Of a stretch of 64,000 nucleotides of DNA, positions 53,366 through 64,000 are shown piece after piece (the stretch's first letter is position 1; the number at the start of each line of letters is the position of its first letter). The stretch is from Methanomethylovorans hollandica DSM 15978. Its GTDB lineage: Archaea > Halobacteriota > Methanosarcinia > Methanosarcinales > Methanosarcinaceae. Under the pieces are notes generated by a model that did not search any database, was not told where the DNA came from, and was given only the letters and a program-made list of their open reading frames with translations. Position numbers and translations under genes: made by a program. The stretch spans positions 1,914,011-1,978,010 of the forward strand of contig NC_019977.1 in assembly GCF_000328665.1 (NCBI RefSeq), given 5' to 3'.

Positions 53366-54673
53366 TCATATTTTACCCCTTATCTTTTTCATATGATCGA
53401 TACGTTTCTGGATCAGTGCAGAGGTACCTATATCCCTTCTGGAATGCAAGTCCCCTATGATATTATCAAGTGCTTCCTGAGCTTTCTTCTCTGCTTTGGC
53501 AATGGAGTCTGCAATTCCTACAACCGCTATTGCACGGGAGCCTGTAGTGTAGATATTATTGTTCTCTTCGTACACGCTTGCATAGAACACCAGTGCATCA
53601 CCTACATCCCCGACAGATACCTCCTTATCCTTTGAAGGATTGTCGGGATACCCGGCAGGTACTGCGTACTTGCATACAGTTGCCTTTTTACTGAACTTAA
53701 CTTCCAGTCTGTCAAGAGTTCCACCCACCACAGCAGACATAACATCCACAATATCTGTTTCCAGAAGAGGCAGCACGTTCATAGCCTCCGGGTCACCGAA
53801 CCTGGCATTGAACTCTATTACACGAGGGCCGTTCTTTGTGATCATGAACTGGCCATAAAGCACACCTTTGTACTTCACACCTGTCTCTGTATAAAGTTCC
53901 TTAACAGTCTGCAGCATGATCCGCTTTGCCTGCTCTACATCGTCTGCAATCAGGAAGGGCAGGACCTCGCTGGCATCTGTGTAAGCACCCATCCCGCCTG
54001 TATTGGGTCCCAAATCATTCTCAAAAGCTCGCTTGTGGTCCTGCACTGCAGGCGAGAAAGCCAGATGCTCGCCATCAACAAATGCCTGTAATGTGAACTC
54101 TTCTCCTACAAGGTTCTCCTCTACTACCACACTTCCGGATTCAAGAAGCTGCGCAGCATATTCCTGGGCATCTTTCACGGTTGGAAGCTGATCGCCCATG
54201 ACCTTAACACCTTTGCCGCCGGTAAGACCTGCTGGTTTTATAGCAACATTCCCAAGCTTTGCAATGAAATCGAACATCGGCTCTTTCTCAGTAAATACCT
54301 CGAATATAGGACAGCCCTCTATCCCATGCTTTCTCATGAAATTCCGGGCCCATGCTTTATCAAACTCGATCTGAGCCACTGCCTTCCTGGGGCCAACAAC
54401 ACCGATGCCGACATCTTCCAAAGCGTCTGCAAGCCCGGCTGCAAGAGGAGCTTCAGGCCCGATAAAGGCAAGATCAACGTTATTTGCAGTTGCATAAGCA
54501 ACAATTTTTTTCACATCGGTTTCTTTTTCCAGAAGAAAATCCTGACAAAGCCTGGCAATACCAGGGTTCTTCTTCGCCATCACACCGAAGATGACAGGAT
54601 CTTTTCTGCTCTGAGCAATAGATGCTGCTATTGCATGTTCCCTTCCCCCGCCGCCAACAACTAGAACATTCAT
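53366..54673 (-). CDS. purD: Phosphoribosylamine-glycine ligase
   Basis: [40 protein letters not shown]. Confidence 0.98.
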   Translation of the reverse strand: MNVLVVGGGGREHAIAASIAQSRKDPVIFGVMAKKNPGIARLCQDFLLEKETDVKKIVAYATANNVDLAFIGPEAPLAAGLADALEDVGIGVVGPRKAVAQIEFDKAWARNFMRKHGIEGCPIFEVFTEKEPMFDFIAKLGNVAIKPAGLTGGKGVKVMGDQLPTVKDAQEYAAQLLESGSVVVEENLVGEEFTLQAFVDGEHLAFSPAVQDHKRAFENDLGPNTGGMGAYTDASEVLPFLIADDVEQAKRIMLQTVKELYTETGVKYKGVLYGQFMITKNGPRVIEFNARFGDPEAMNVLPLLETDIVDVMSAVVGGTLDRLEVKFSKKATVCKYAVPAGYPDNPSKDKEVSVGDVGDALVFYASVYEENNNIYTTGSRAIAVVGIADSIAKAEKKAQEALDNIIGDLHSRRDIGTSALIQKRIDHMKKIRGKI

Positions 54674-54872
54674 TTGTAAAACCTCGTCAAATAAAGTTTT
54701 TTATTTAAATATTGAAGTGATATTCTTTAATCATTTTCTGATAATCGCATTTAACACAGCTGACATCCATTTATCAGGAGGTCATATATAACCATGGCAA
54801 AGATAAATAACACTAAATACTAAGGACTCTTTCTCATATTCAGATAAATAATTTACTTTTTTATCCTACATC

Positions 54873-55412
54873 TCATTGTATAAGGTCACTGGCACCTACA
54901 AGAGGAATAAGTTTTACACCCAGTGCTGCAAGGCTTTGCTGAGCTCCTTCCTCACGATCTACCACAGTGATGACAGCATCCACAAAACCTCCTGCTTCCC
55001 TGATAGCGGCTATGGCATCCTTTACTGATCCACCGCTGGTTGTTACATCTTCGATCAAGATCACACGGGAACCTTTACTGAGATCACCTATAAAACGACC
55101 TCCAGTCCCATATCCTTTCTCTTCCTTACGGACGATTAAAAGTGGAATACCTGATGTAAGTGAAACTGCTGTTGCAAGAGGGACACCACCCAAAGCTACA
55201 CCACCAACCATGTCCACGTCTTCATTACCTATCAGAGCAGCCGCCTGTTCTGCTATAACCGTTAGAGTAGCTGGATCGGTGCTGGCTTTTTTAATATCGA
55301 CATAGTATTTGCTCTTCTTGCCTGAAGCAAGCGTAAAGTCACCAAATTTCACTGCCCCGCAATTTTTCAAGGCAGATATAAGGATAGATTTTCTATCATT
55401 TTCTATATCCAT
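54873..55412 (-). CDS. pyrE: Orotate phosphoribosyltransferase
   Basis: FTLASGKKSKYYVD, RKEEKGYG, IEDVTTSGGS. Confidence 0.96.
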   Translation of the reverse strand: MDIENDRKSILISALKNCGAVKFGDFTLASGKKSKYYVDIKKASTDPATLTVIAEQAAALIGNEDVDMVGGVALGGVPLATAVSLTSGIPLLIVRKEEKGYGTGGRFIGDLSKGSRVILIEDVTTSGGSVKDAIAAIREAGGFVDAVITVVDREEGAQQSLAALGVKLIPLVGASDLIQ

Positions 55413-55448
55413 AAGCATCACCCATGATCAATAGATGTATAGTAAAGT

Positions 55449-55997
55449 TTACCAGGGCTCTTTCTTTACCCCTACAATGTAACCGACAATATTTGTTGTA
55501 AGATGAAGCAACGGAGTTATGATCAACACAACTGCCATTATATTCCAGGTAAAATTGATAGTGAACCATCCTGGAGAGGACAAGTATGTGAATACCCACG
55601 CACCCAGTACAAAATCAAGCTGGTCTACAAGTGGTAATGAAGCCCCTCTTTTCATTCCAAGCCTGCGCTTGAAGAAACTCTTGAACATATCCCCAAAAAG
55701 GGAGCCAACAGCAAGGGACAGAAGGATCACCATAATTGTAGATCCACTGCCTGAGAATGAAGGCAAGGAGATATGCAGCAACTCTGATACAGGATTCAGA
55801 AGGAACATCTGAAGCAAACCCAAGAGCACACCGCATGCTATACCTGCGAACAGACCTCTGAATGTCTTGCCATCCCCCAGAATGCGCCTGCCATCCTTCA
55901 GTACTCTTCCCCCATCAATGGGGCGCCCGCCGCCAAAGACCGCGGCCATGGAATTAGGAATATAGGCAGGCAACATCAGCCAGACAGCTATGATCAC
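55449..55997 (-). CDS. carS: CDP-archaeol synthase
   Basis: PAYIPN, PIDGG, GDGKTFRG, GDMFKSFFKRR, LVDQLD, KEPW; start codon uncertain. Confidence 0.92.
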   Translation of the reverse strand: MIIAVWLMLPAYIPNSMAAVFGGGRPIDGGRVLKDGRRILGDGKTFRGLFAGIACGVLLGLLQMFLLNPVSELLHISLPSFSGSGSTIMVILLSLAVGSLFGDMFKSFFKRRLGMKRGASLPLVDQLDFVLGAWVFTYLSSPGWFTINFTWNIMAVVLIITPLLHLTTNIVGYIVGVKKEPW

Positions 55998-56183
55998 TGT
56001 TTCTATCGTATTAACAACCCTTTTCAGTTTTATGGTTTCTCAGATATAGGCGCCATCGGTATTTAAGATACCGAAATTGTGGCATCGCATGTTATAATTT
56101 AATACAGTCATAAAATCAAACAACTACAATAAAATGCTACTGCACTACAACGCCTTATAGGTATCATATATTCTATATATAGG

Positions 56184-57260
56184 ATGAGCATACATGAACT
56201 TTCACATGAGAGATCAGCAATGACAGAAAAAGAGAGCCTATTGACAAGTAAGAATACAATCTTTGCCGCTGTAGTATCATTTATCCTGCTTGCACTGGTG
56301 ATAATTGCAGGTATGGTGACACCTCTTCTTGCCAAGATTCTAAGTGGCACAGAAATCATGCTAGGTTCTGAGTACTTTAACCCCAGGACTGCCCTTCCTA
56401 CTGTATTGCTGATCATGATGCTTACGATATGTTTACTAGTCAGTTCCGTCAAACCCCGCAAAGTCCTGGCAGCAACTGCTGCACTTCTGCTGCTCCTGAT
56501 AGCCGTCTTTGTCGTGTCCCCATTCTCAAATGCAGCAGTTGATGTGGCTATGGCTCTAATAATACCGGCTTTCATAGCCACAGGTTATAAGATCTGGCTT
56601 ACGGCCAGGGATAAGAAAGGATACGGAAAATACAGGGGACTTTCTGCTCATCTGATCCATCTGGGAATACTATGTATCCTCCTTGGCGTAGTGCTTAGCT
56701 CCAATATTAAAGTGGAGGATTCAGCAGTATATCAGACAGGTAAAATGGGTGACCGGAATATACAGGACTACAGCCTCAAGATCACTTCAATGGCATCAAG
56801 GCTGGAAGGAGAACCTTATCAGGAGCGCCAGGCTTCTTCCTACATCACAAGGATAGATTTTGACATATATGACCAGAGCAGATACGCCAGAAGTGGCAGT
56901 GTGGAATATATCACTGACTTCAAATGGGGTCAGACCTACACTACAACATACATCCATAGAGGACTTACTGAGGAATTGTTCATAGCCCCCAGGGCCCTTG
57001 ATGAAAAGACCGGGGAAGTGGATATGTATGTACGTATCGTTCCTTTCATAAACCTTCTCTGGGGAGGCATTTATATGATGGCGCTGGGTATCATTGCGTT
57101 ACTTATCGTGGAAAATCGCAGCCCTCACCAGAGCATCACAATGTTACAGCCTTCCGGAAGAGAAATGGACATGGCTTTCTTTGAAAAACGATACGAAAAA
57201 ATAATGGAGCATGAGCTCAGGAAACTGCGGTCCGGAAAAAGCGGGGGAGGAAGCAAATGA
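56184..57260 (+). CDS. ccmF: Cytochrome c maturation CcmF, C-terminal half (archaeal split CcmF)
   Basis: YFNP, AHLIHLG..LGVVLSS, PFINLLWGG match the CcmF C-terminal region. Confidence 0.8.
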   Translation: MSIHELSHERSAMTEKESLLTSKNTIFAAVVSFILLALVIIAGMVTPLLAKILSGTEIMLGSEYFNPRTALPTVLLIMMLTICLLVSSVKPRKVLAATAALLLLLIAVFVVSPFSNAAVDVAMALIIPAFIATGYKIWLTARDKKGYGKYRGLSAHLIHLGILCILLGVVLSSNIKVEDSAVYQTGKMGDRNIQDYSLKITSMASRLEGEPYQERQASSYITRIDFDIYDQSRYARSGSVEYITDFKWGQTYTTTYIHRGLTEELFIAPRALDEKTGEVDMYVRIVPFINLLWGGIYMMALGIIALLIVENRSPHQSITMLQPSGREMDMAFFEKRYEKIMEHELRKLRSGKSGGGSK

Positions 57261-58315
57261 ATCTTGGGATGGTCCTGGTCTGGCTGTCTCTTGCGACAGC
57301 TATAGGTGCTGTGCTTTCAGGGTACATGGGACATCGGAAGAGCAACATCTCTGTTGGTACACTTTCACGTAAGCTGGAAATAGCATGCCTGGTGCTTGCA
57401 GGGTCCTCGATGCTGTTGCTGATGTACCACCTATACACCGTCAACGCCTCGTATTCATACGTTTTCGAGCATTCCAGCGCTGATCTTGAGTGGTATTACA
57501 GGCTATCGGCTTTGTGGGCAGGCCAGGAAGGGTCCATGCTACTGTGGGCTGTTTCCATAATGGCAATGCTTGTGATAGTAGAGCACACCCATAGAATAAG
57601 ACTTTCAGAGACCGCATTGATGCAGATCACACGCCTCATATCATTGTCTGTCGTCTGCGTGTTCCTGGGACTGCTGGTACTAAAAAACCCGTTCTCAGCA
57701 CATCATGTGCTTTCCGATGGCAGCTTTGGGATCACTAACTGGAACCCGTTCGTACAGATGTACGATGTGCCCTATGGCCAGGGCATGAATCCCCTGCTGC
57801 GTAACCCCTGGATGGCAGTACACCCACCAGTGCTTTTCTTCGGATATGCCGCTTTCACAATACCTTTTGCGGCTGCAATAGGCAACTTGCTGACACATGA
57901 TAAAAGATGGGAAGCCATCGCCACGAACTGGATGAGGATCTCCTGGCTGTTCCTCACATTGGGCATAGGGCTTGGCGGTTTCTGGGCCTATGAAGTCCTC
58001 GGATGGGGCGCATGGTTCTGGAGCTGGGACCCGGTAGAAACTTCATCACTGCTGCCCTGGATCACCGCAACGGCCTATCTGCATGCACAATTGCGTTACA
58101 GAAAAGGAGAATACGGGTTTATTGCGCCTCTGCTTGCAGTGACATCTTTCATACTGGTGGTATTTGCGACCTTTGTCACCAGAAGCGGCATGTGGGCCTC
58201 TGTACATTCCTGGCAAGACTTCACTGCCGAAAGTGGCATAATAGCAGTATTTTTAAGTGTACTGGTATTATCAAGTATGTTCCTGCTTGCAAAGAGATAT
58301 TTTGAAGATGAGTGA
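57257..58315 (+). CDS. ccmF: Cytochrome c maturation CcmF, N-terminal/WWD half
   Basis: WAGQEGS, GMNPLL, HPP..F.GY, WAYEVLGWG.WFWSWDPVE, AYLH, TRSG..SVH. Confidence 0.93.
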   Translation: MNLGMVLVWLSLATAIGAVLSGYMGHRKSNISVGTLSRKLEIACLVLAGSSMLLLMYHLYTVNASYSYVFEHSSADLEWYYRLSALWAGQEGSMLLWAVSIMAMLVIVEHTHRIRLSETALMQITRLISLSVVCVFLGLLVLKNPFSAHHVLSDGSFGITNWNPFVQMYDVPYGQGMNPLLRNPWMAVHPPVLFFGYAAFTIPFAAAIGNLLTHDKRWEAIATNWMRISWLFLTLGIGLGGFWAYEVLGWGAWFWSWDPVETSSLLPWITATAYLHAQLRYRKGEYGFIAPLLAVTSFILVVFATFVTRSGMWASVHSWQDFTAESGIIAVFLSVLVLSSMFLLAKRYFEDE

Positions 58316-58356
58316 AGAACTTTAAGAATTGGATTTATTGGCTCAAAGGGCAATTA

Positions 58357-58629
58357 TTACCCTTCACTGAAAGGCTTTGCCCTCAGCTCCCCATCCTCCA
58401 GAACCAGTTGTTCGATCTTTCTTTCAGCCTTTGAAAGTTTCTGGCTGCAGACACGGGCAAACTTCATGCCCTGCTCAAATGTTTCAAGGCTTTCATCGAG
58501 GGTGAGATTGCCCTTTTCAAGTTTTTCCACCAGCCCTTCCAGCTTTTCAAGAGCAGTTTCAAAACTTAAACTTTCACCTATACTTTCTTCATTAGGACTT
58601 GCATCCATCTTTTTCCTCCTACCTGCCAT
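58357..58629 (-). CDS. xseB: Exodeoxyribonuclease VII small subunit
   Basis: SFETALEKLE..VEKLE.G.LTLDESL..FEQG. Confidence 0.92.
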   Translation of the reverse strand: MAGRRKKMDASPNEESIGESLSFETALEKLEGLVEKLEKGNLTLDESLETFEQGMKFARVCSQKLSKAERKIEQLVLEDGELRAKPFSEG

Positions 58630-59839
58630 GTTCGACCTCAACCTTTTCAATAACATCACAAATTATAGTACCATCAGTGACCCTTAGATCAAGCCTGGAG
58701 CCTGCTTGTACGGCACCGATACTCTTGACAACGACCTCACGGGACATTGCTATGCAGTATCCTCTTTCCAGAGTATTGAGCGGATTCACCGCATTCATAC
58801 GGCCTGCCAGCACCTTAAGCAGCATTTCTCTGGACCCAAGATAATATTTCACATCCTTTTCCATAGCTGTAACCAGCTCATCAATTCTTTGATAACGCTG
58901 ATCGATCATTTCCCGAAGCTTGTCCGGTTCCAGAGAATCATACATATGATCAAGCCTGGAGTTAAGGTCTGCAATCTTACGAGTTGCAGCATACTCAAGC
59001 CTCTGGAGCATAGAATCCATGAACCTTTTAAGTTCCACTCTGTCAGGGACTACAAGTTCTGCCGCAGCAGACGGTGTAGGCGCCCGCAGGTCAGCGGTAA
59101 AATCGGCAATTGTATAATCGGTTTCGTGGCCCACAGCGGAAACCACAGGTATCCTTGAGTTGAAAATGGCCCTTGCGACGATCTCCTCATTGAAGGGCCA
59201 CAGATCCTCCAATGAACCACCGCCTCTGCCAACTATTATAACATCAACATCTGCTCTGTTTAGAAGCTCAATAGAGTCAGCAATGCTTTGTGCAGCTGCA
59301 TCCCCCTGCACAAGGCATGGTGCCAGCAGCACATGCACCGGATATCTCCGGCCCAGCACATTGATGATGTCATGGACTGCAGCACCTGTTGGAGAAGTAG
59401 AGATACCGACCCTTTTGGGAAACCTGGGTATAGGTCTTTTGCGGCTCTGCTCAAAAAGACCTTCATCTTCCAGTTTCTTTTTTAGCTGCTCAAATATCCT
59501 GAACATTTCTCCTATACCATCCGGGCGCATGTCCAGGACCTTCAGCTGATATTGTCCCCTGACGGTATACACATCCACAGAACCATACAATATAACTGCC
59601 ATGGAATCCTCAGGATCGAACTTAAGAGTCCGATTGGTCTGCCTGAAACTGACACAGCTTATCTGGCTCCCCTTATCCTTCAGTGTAAAATAATAATGGC
59701 CTGAGCTGTGTTTTTTGAGATTGGAGATCTCACCCCGCACCCACACTTCCCGCAGTCTGGGATCATTGACAAGTAGAGACCTTATGGTTTCATTGAGCAT
59801 TGAAACACTAAATATACCCATTGGATTCTCAGACATCAT
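58619..59839 (-). CDS. xseA: Exodeoxyribonuclease VII large subunit
   Basis: GEISN, SGHYYFTLKD, RGGGSLEDL, GHETD, TPSAAAE, LERGY. Confidence 0.97.
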   Translation of the reverse strand: MMSENPMGIFSVSMLNETIRSLLVNDPRLREVWVRGEISNLKKHSSGHYYFTLKDKGSQISCVSFRQTNRTLKFDPEDSMAVILYGSVDVYTVRGQYQLKVLDMRPDGIGEMFRIFEQLKKKLEDEGLFEQSRKRPIPRFPKRVGISTSPTGAAVHDIINVLGRRYPVHVLLAPCLVQGDAAAQSIADSIELLNRADVDVIIVGRGGGSLEDLWPFNEEIVARAIFNSRIPVVSAVGHETDYTIADFTADLRAPTPSAAAELVVPDRVELKRFMDSMLQRLEYAATRKIADLNSRLDHMYDSLEPDKLREMIDQRYQRIDELVTAMEKDVKYYLGSREMLLKVLAGRMNAVNPLNTLERGYCIAMSREVVVKSIGAVQAGSRLDLRVTDGTIICDVIEKVEVEHGR

Positions 59840-59990
59840 AGATGAGGAGTAATTAACTACTATTTATGTTAATGCAAGGATGGTGAAAGTGTTTTATAAT
59901 AATACCAACGTTTAAATAAGTTCATTCTAATTTAGAAATGTCAAATTTGAGGGATAGAGAGATATTTCTTACGTTTTACAGCTTTTCTGA

Positions 59991-60983
<993 letters not shown>

Positions 60984-61095
60984 ACCTGTTTCATCTTTTT
61001 TTTATCCTTTTTTGATCAGGATGGCAGTGCACCATCCTTTGGACCCACATGCATTTTGAGGGAAATGCGGTGGGAAAAATGGAATAAGTGAAAAC

Positions 61096-62187
61096 ATGGA
61101 CGAGAATAAATTTCACATAATGATAGGCACAAAGGGACAGCTTATAAAAATGGCGCCCATTATGCTGGAAATGGACAGAAGAGGAATAAAGTATAATTTC
61201 ATTAATGCTGCTCAACACACAAAAATACTTTATGACATTATTGGTGTGTTTGGCCTGAAACAGCCTGATATCGTACTTAACAAGAATAGCAAAGATGTGG
61301 CAAATGTGCTGGATATGGCCGTATGGCTATCAAAAGTGACACTCAATTCCTTTTCACAGGACGGGCTGCCAAAAAAGAACGATATCTGCCTGATCCATGG
61401 AGATCCGATCCCTGCTTCTTTCGGGGCCCTGCTGACTAAATTGCACCGGGCTAAGATCGCACACATTGAATCGGGAGAAAGGACCCATAATATGTTTAAT
61501 CCTTTTCCTGAAGAACTGTCCAGAAGAATGATAGACCGGATGGCTGACTACCTTTTCACCTCTTCTGAAGAATCTTATAACAACGTCATCAAACAGGGAG
61601 TGAAAGGGGAGATAATAAATCTGGGATATAATACTGTGATCGATGCGATACGTTTTGCCATCACTAACCCCCATAAGGTCACCTTCAGACCCGAACCCGG
61701 ATATGTGCTTGTAAACGTACATAGGGTAGAGAACCTTTATTCAAAAGAAAGACTGGATATCATCATATCCACAATCGAAAAGATCGCTGAGAATGAAAGG
61801 GTGCTTATGATCATGCACGAGCCTTTAAAGAACAGGCTTCAGAAAGTGAATATGCTTGACAGACTTAAAGGATATGAGAACCTCCGGATGATACCGCTCC
61901 AGGATTATGTGACCAACATTGATCTGATAAAGAACAGTAAATATATAGTGAACGATGGAGGCGCACCACAGCTGGAGTCCTACTTTCTCAGCAGGCCCTG
62001 TCTGCTGATGAGAGGATTCATGGAACAGAGCGGTTACCCTAATGTCTGTCTTTCAAGATATGAAACCAGCATTATAGATGACTTCCTTAATAATTATAGT
62101 AATTATGAATTCGATGTGGACATCAATGCTCTTAAGAGTCCTTCTAAAGAAATAGTCGATATCTTGACAGAGAAAATGACCTTTTAA
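61096..62187 (+). CDS. UDP-N-acetylglucosamine 2-epimerase-like protein (divergent)
   Basis: IKMAP, QH, HGD, HIESG.R, PFPEE, HRVEN. Confidence 0.8.
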   Translation: MDENKFHIMIGTKGQLIKMAPIMLEMDRRGIKYNFINAAQHTKILYDIIGVFGLKQPDIVLNKNSKDVANVLDMAVWLSKVTLNSFSQDGLPKKNDICLIHGDPIPASFGALLTKLHRAKIAHIESGERTHNMFNPFPEELSRRMIDRMADYLFTSSEESYNNVIKQGVKGEIINLGYNTVIDAIRFAITNPHKVTFRPEPGYVLVNVHRVENLYSKERLDIIISTIEKIAENERVLMIMHEPLKNRLQKVNMLDRLKGYENLRMIPLQDYVTNIDLIKNSKYIVNDGGAPQLESYFLSRPCLLMRGFMEQSGYPNVCLSRYETSIIDDFLNNYSNYEFDVDINALKSPSKEIVDILTEKMTF

Positions 62188-63431
62188 TGAGCATATTGTC
62201 TGTAAACGTATAAGGACGATACAACAAGCCCTAGCAAGCAAGCTGTACATGTGGCCATGGCCGCACCATCCACGCCGTATGAAGGAATAAGCGATCGGTT
62301 GAGAAATATATCAAGTACAAGTACAAACAAACTGATGAGCATTGAAATACGTGGTTTTCCAATGCCATTGATCACAGTAGTGAACAGAGAGAACAAACCA
62401 AAGAAACCCATGCCTATGGTAAGTACTCCCAATGCAGTAGAACCTGCTGAATACTGGTCCGAAAACAGGAAACTTAACACCTGTTCCGAAAAAAGGACTA
62501 TAAAAGAAGTAGAAGGAACAAGTACGAACATGGAATACTTCACTGATTTTATGATCTGCCGGATCATTTGGGATCTGTCATTGTGTACTGACATGCTTGA
62601 GATCGCGGGGAACAGAGCTCCATATATGCCTGCAATGATGAAAAAAGGCACTTTTGAGATGGTAGATACTGCAGAATAGATACCTGCATCCATGTCTGTC
62701 AGATAGGCCTTGACAAAGAAAAGATCAAAGTTCAGAATCAGGTTAGTAGCTGCTGAATAGAACACAATGGGAGTTGCAAAATTCAGTATGGTCCGTGCAG
62801 AGACCATACTGTGCCCATTGCTCGATGCCTGTAGCCGATCATCAGCAGAATGGACAAGATGGAGAGAAAGAAACATAATGGCCACTGATGATAGTATAAA
62901 ACCGCTTATTGCACCATAAAGTGCATAGGAAGTTAATGCAAAACCTAGTATGAACAGTACCTTAAAAACTGAATATAGGATTAACATTAATGATTGTTTG
63001 CCATATTCCTTTAACCCGTTGAAATAACCAATATACAGGGCTTGTAATGCATAAGCTGGAACAATGAAAGAAGAGAGCTTCAGATAGGGAGCCATGCCCG
63101 GATCGTTCAACATGGTCGCGAGCTGGTCGGCAAAGGAATAATAGGCAATGAACATGATCAGACTGAACGTCAATTGCATATTTTGTGCAGTGCGCTTAAC
63201 ATGTAATTCATTACCATCACCTTGAGCCACGTATTTAGAAACGGCCTGTGGTATACCCGTTGAAAGGATAAGATTGACCATTGTCATAAGTGAAATGACA
63301 ACTGCATATAGGCCATAATCCTCTGGACCTAAGAGTCTGCCTAATCCAATATGTGTTGCATAGCCCGAAAGGACAAAAGAGATCTGAGCTGCTATTAAAA
63401 AGATAGTTCCGTGTCTTAAACTATGTTTCAT
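62184..63431 (-). CDS. Polysaccharide flippase (Wzx/MOP family)
   Basis: GRLLGPEDYGLY, AGIYSAV, LIPSYGVDGAAMAT; 12 or more TM helices. Confidence 0.9.
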   Translation of the reverse strand: MKHSLRHGTIFLIAAQISFVLSGYATHIGLGRLLGPEDYGLYAVVISLMTMVNLILSTGIPQAVSKYVAQGDGNELHVKRTAQNMQLTFSLIMFIAYYSFADQLATMLNDPGMAPYLKLSSFIVPAYALQALYIGYFNGLKEYGKQSLMLILYSVFKVLFILGFALTSYALYGAISGFILSSVAIMFLSLHLVHSADDRLQASSNGHSMVSARTILNFATPIVFYSAATNLILNFDLFFVKAYLTDMDAGIYSAVSTISKVPFFIIAGIYGALFPAISSMSVHNDRSQMIRQIIKSVKYSMFVLVPSTSFIVLFSEQVLSFLFSDQYSAGSTALGVLTIGMGFFGLFSLFTTVINGIGKPRISMLISLFVLVLDIFLNRSLIPSYGVDGAAMATCTACLLGLVVSSLYVYRQYAH

Positions 63432-63839
63432 TTTTACCTTTGAACATATATGCATTCTATTATCTGAAAAAAATGATCTTAATGGTGTTTGACCTATGTG
63501 CGAATGTTGCTATATTTTATGAAACTTGCCTGCTTTTTTCACTGCAAAGTATTGATATGAGGATACAGTAGATGATACAATAGATATAAGACCTGTAGGG
63601 AATGCCCAGCTCGAGAAAATAAGCTCAGCTTTCTTCTTCCTCCTGAGCTCATTAAGGCCCGTATCCCGCTACATGAGGACATAGAACAGATGAGATCAGA
63701 CCCTTCTTCACATACTTCTGTCCTATTTCCAATATCCATCGGGTCCGGTAGTCATCTTTTTTCCGTGGAAAAGATGATTTTATTACAAAGACACTCATGA
63801 GAGAATTTTATAATGCCGGTGTATCTGGATAAATTGCAA

Positions 63840-64000
63840 TTATTCCATTTCTATTTTCTTTAAACGGTACAGTATTTCCTCCTCCCTTATCCGCTGATAC
63901 TTCAGCGTGTCAGCGATCAGACCGAATACGAGTATCTGTAAACCGGTAAGACATAACATCGTTGTAAGTATGGCGTAGGAGATGTTTGGGACTACAGCCC
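63840..64000 (-). CDS. C-terminal end of a probable GT2 (DPM synthase-like) glycosyltransferase (partial)
   Basis: Reads ...AILTTMLCLTGLQILVFGLIADTLKYQRIREEEILYRLKKIEME*; G.Q...FG.IAD TM tail; glycan cluster context. Confidence 0.6.
   Translation of the reverse strand, partial: AVVPNISYAILTTMLCLTGLQILVFGLIADTLKYQRIREEEILYRLKKIEME

Noticed and set aside
56108..56581. 157-aa minus-strand ORF
   Set aside because: Antisense to the ccmF C-terminal-half gene; no motifs
63456..63839. Possible decayed gene or 66-aa ORF between the flippase and the glycosyltransferase, with a hairpin at 63752-63777
   Set aside because: Short frames with no family motif I can support; the hairpin may simply be a terminator

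Overview
Chromosomal window from a methanogenic euryarchaeon, most consistent with Methanosarcinaceae (split rpoA1/rpoA2, CDP-archaeol synthase next to split ccmF, form II/III RuBisCO). 1-9.7 kb is the conserved RNA polymerase/str cluster (rpoB end, rpoA1, rpoA2, rpl30e, nusA, rps12, rps7, EF-2, EF-1alpha, rps10). It is followed by a DEAD-box helicase, tRNA-Arg(CCG), lipid and central-metabolism genes (geranylgeranyl reductase, a Re-citrate-synthase-like enzyme facing an isocitrate dehydrogenase, glycerate kinase, pyruvate kinase, a large FAD/Fe-S oxidoreductase with a Met/Pro-rich tail), an HxlR-linked redox operon, msrA, uvrA, purB, a secreted TPR protein, azlCD and RuBisCO. About 41.7-52.2 kb, next to the 3' end of tRNA-Leu(CAG), looks accessory: a Schlafen/AlbA_2 protein, a frameshifted IS5-like element, a sequon-dense repeat lipoprotein, a TetR-ABC-S-layer-domain-MFS cluster and an orphan SHOCT fragment. 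The window ends with argF, purD, pyrE, carS, ccmF halves, xseAB and a surface-glycan cluster. No CRISPR array, rRNA or integrase was seen. The best novelty candidates are the Re-citrate synthase/ICDH pair, the Met-rich oxidoreductase, the Schlafen locus, the repeat lipoprotein and a candidate structured sRNA beside tRNA-Arg. All calls come from reading motifs by eye; no database searches were run.
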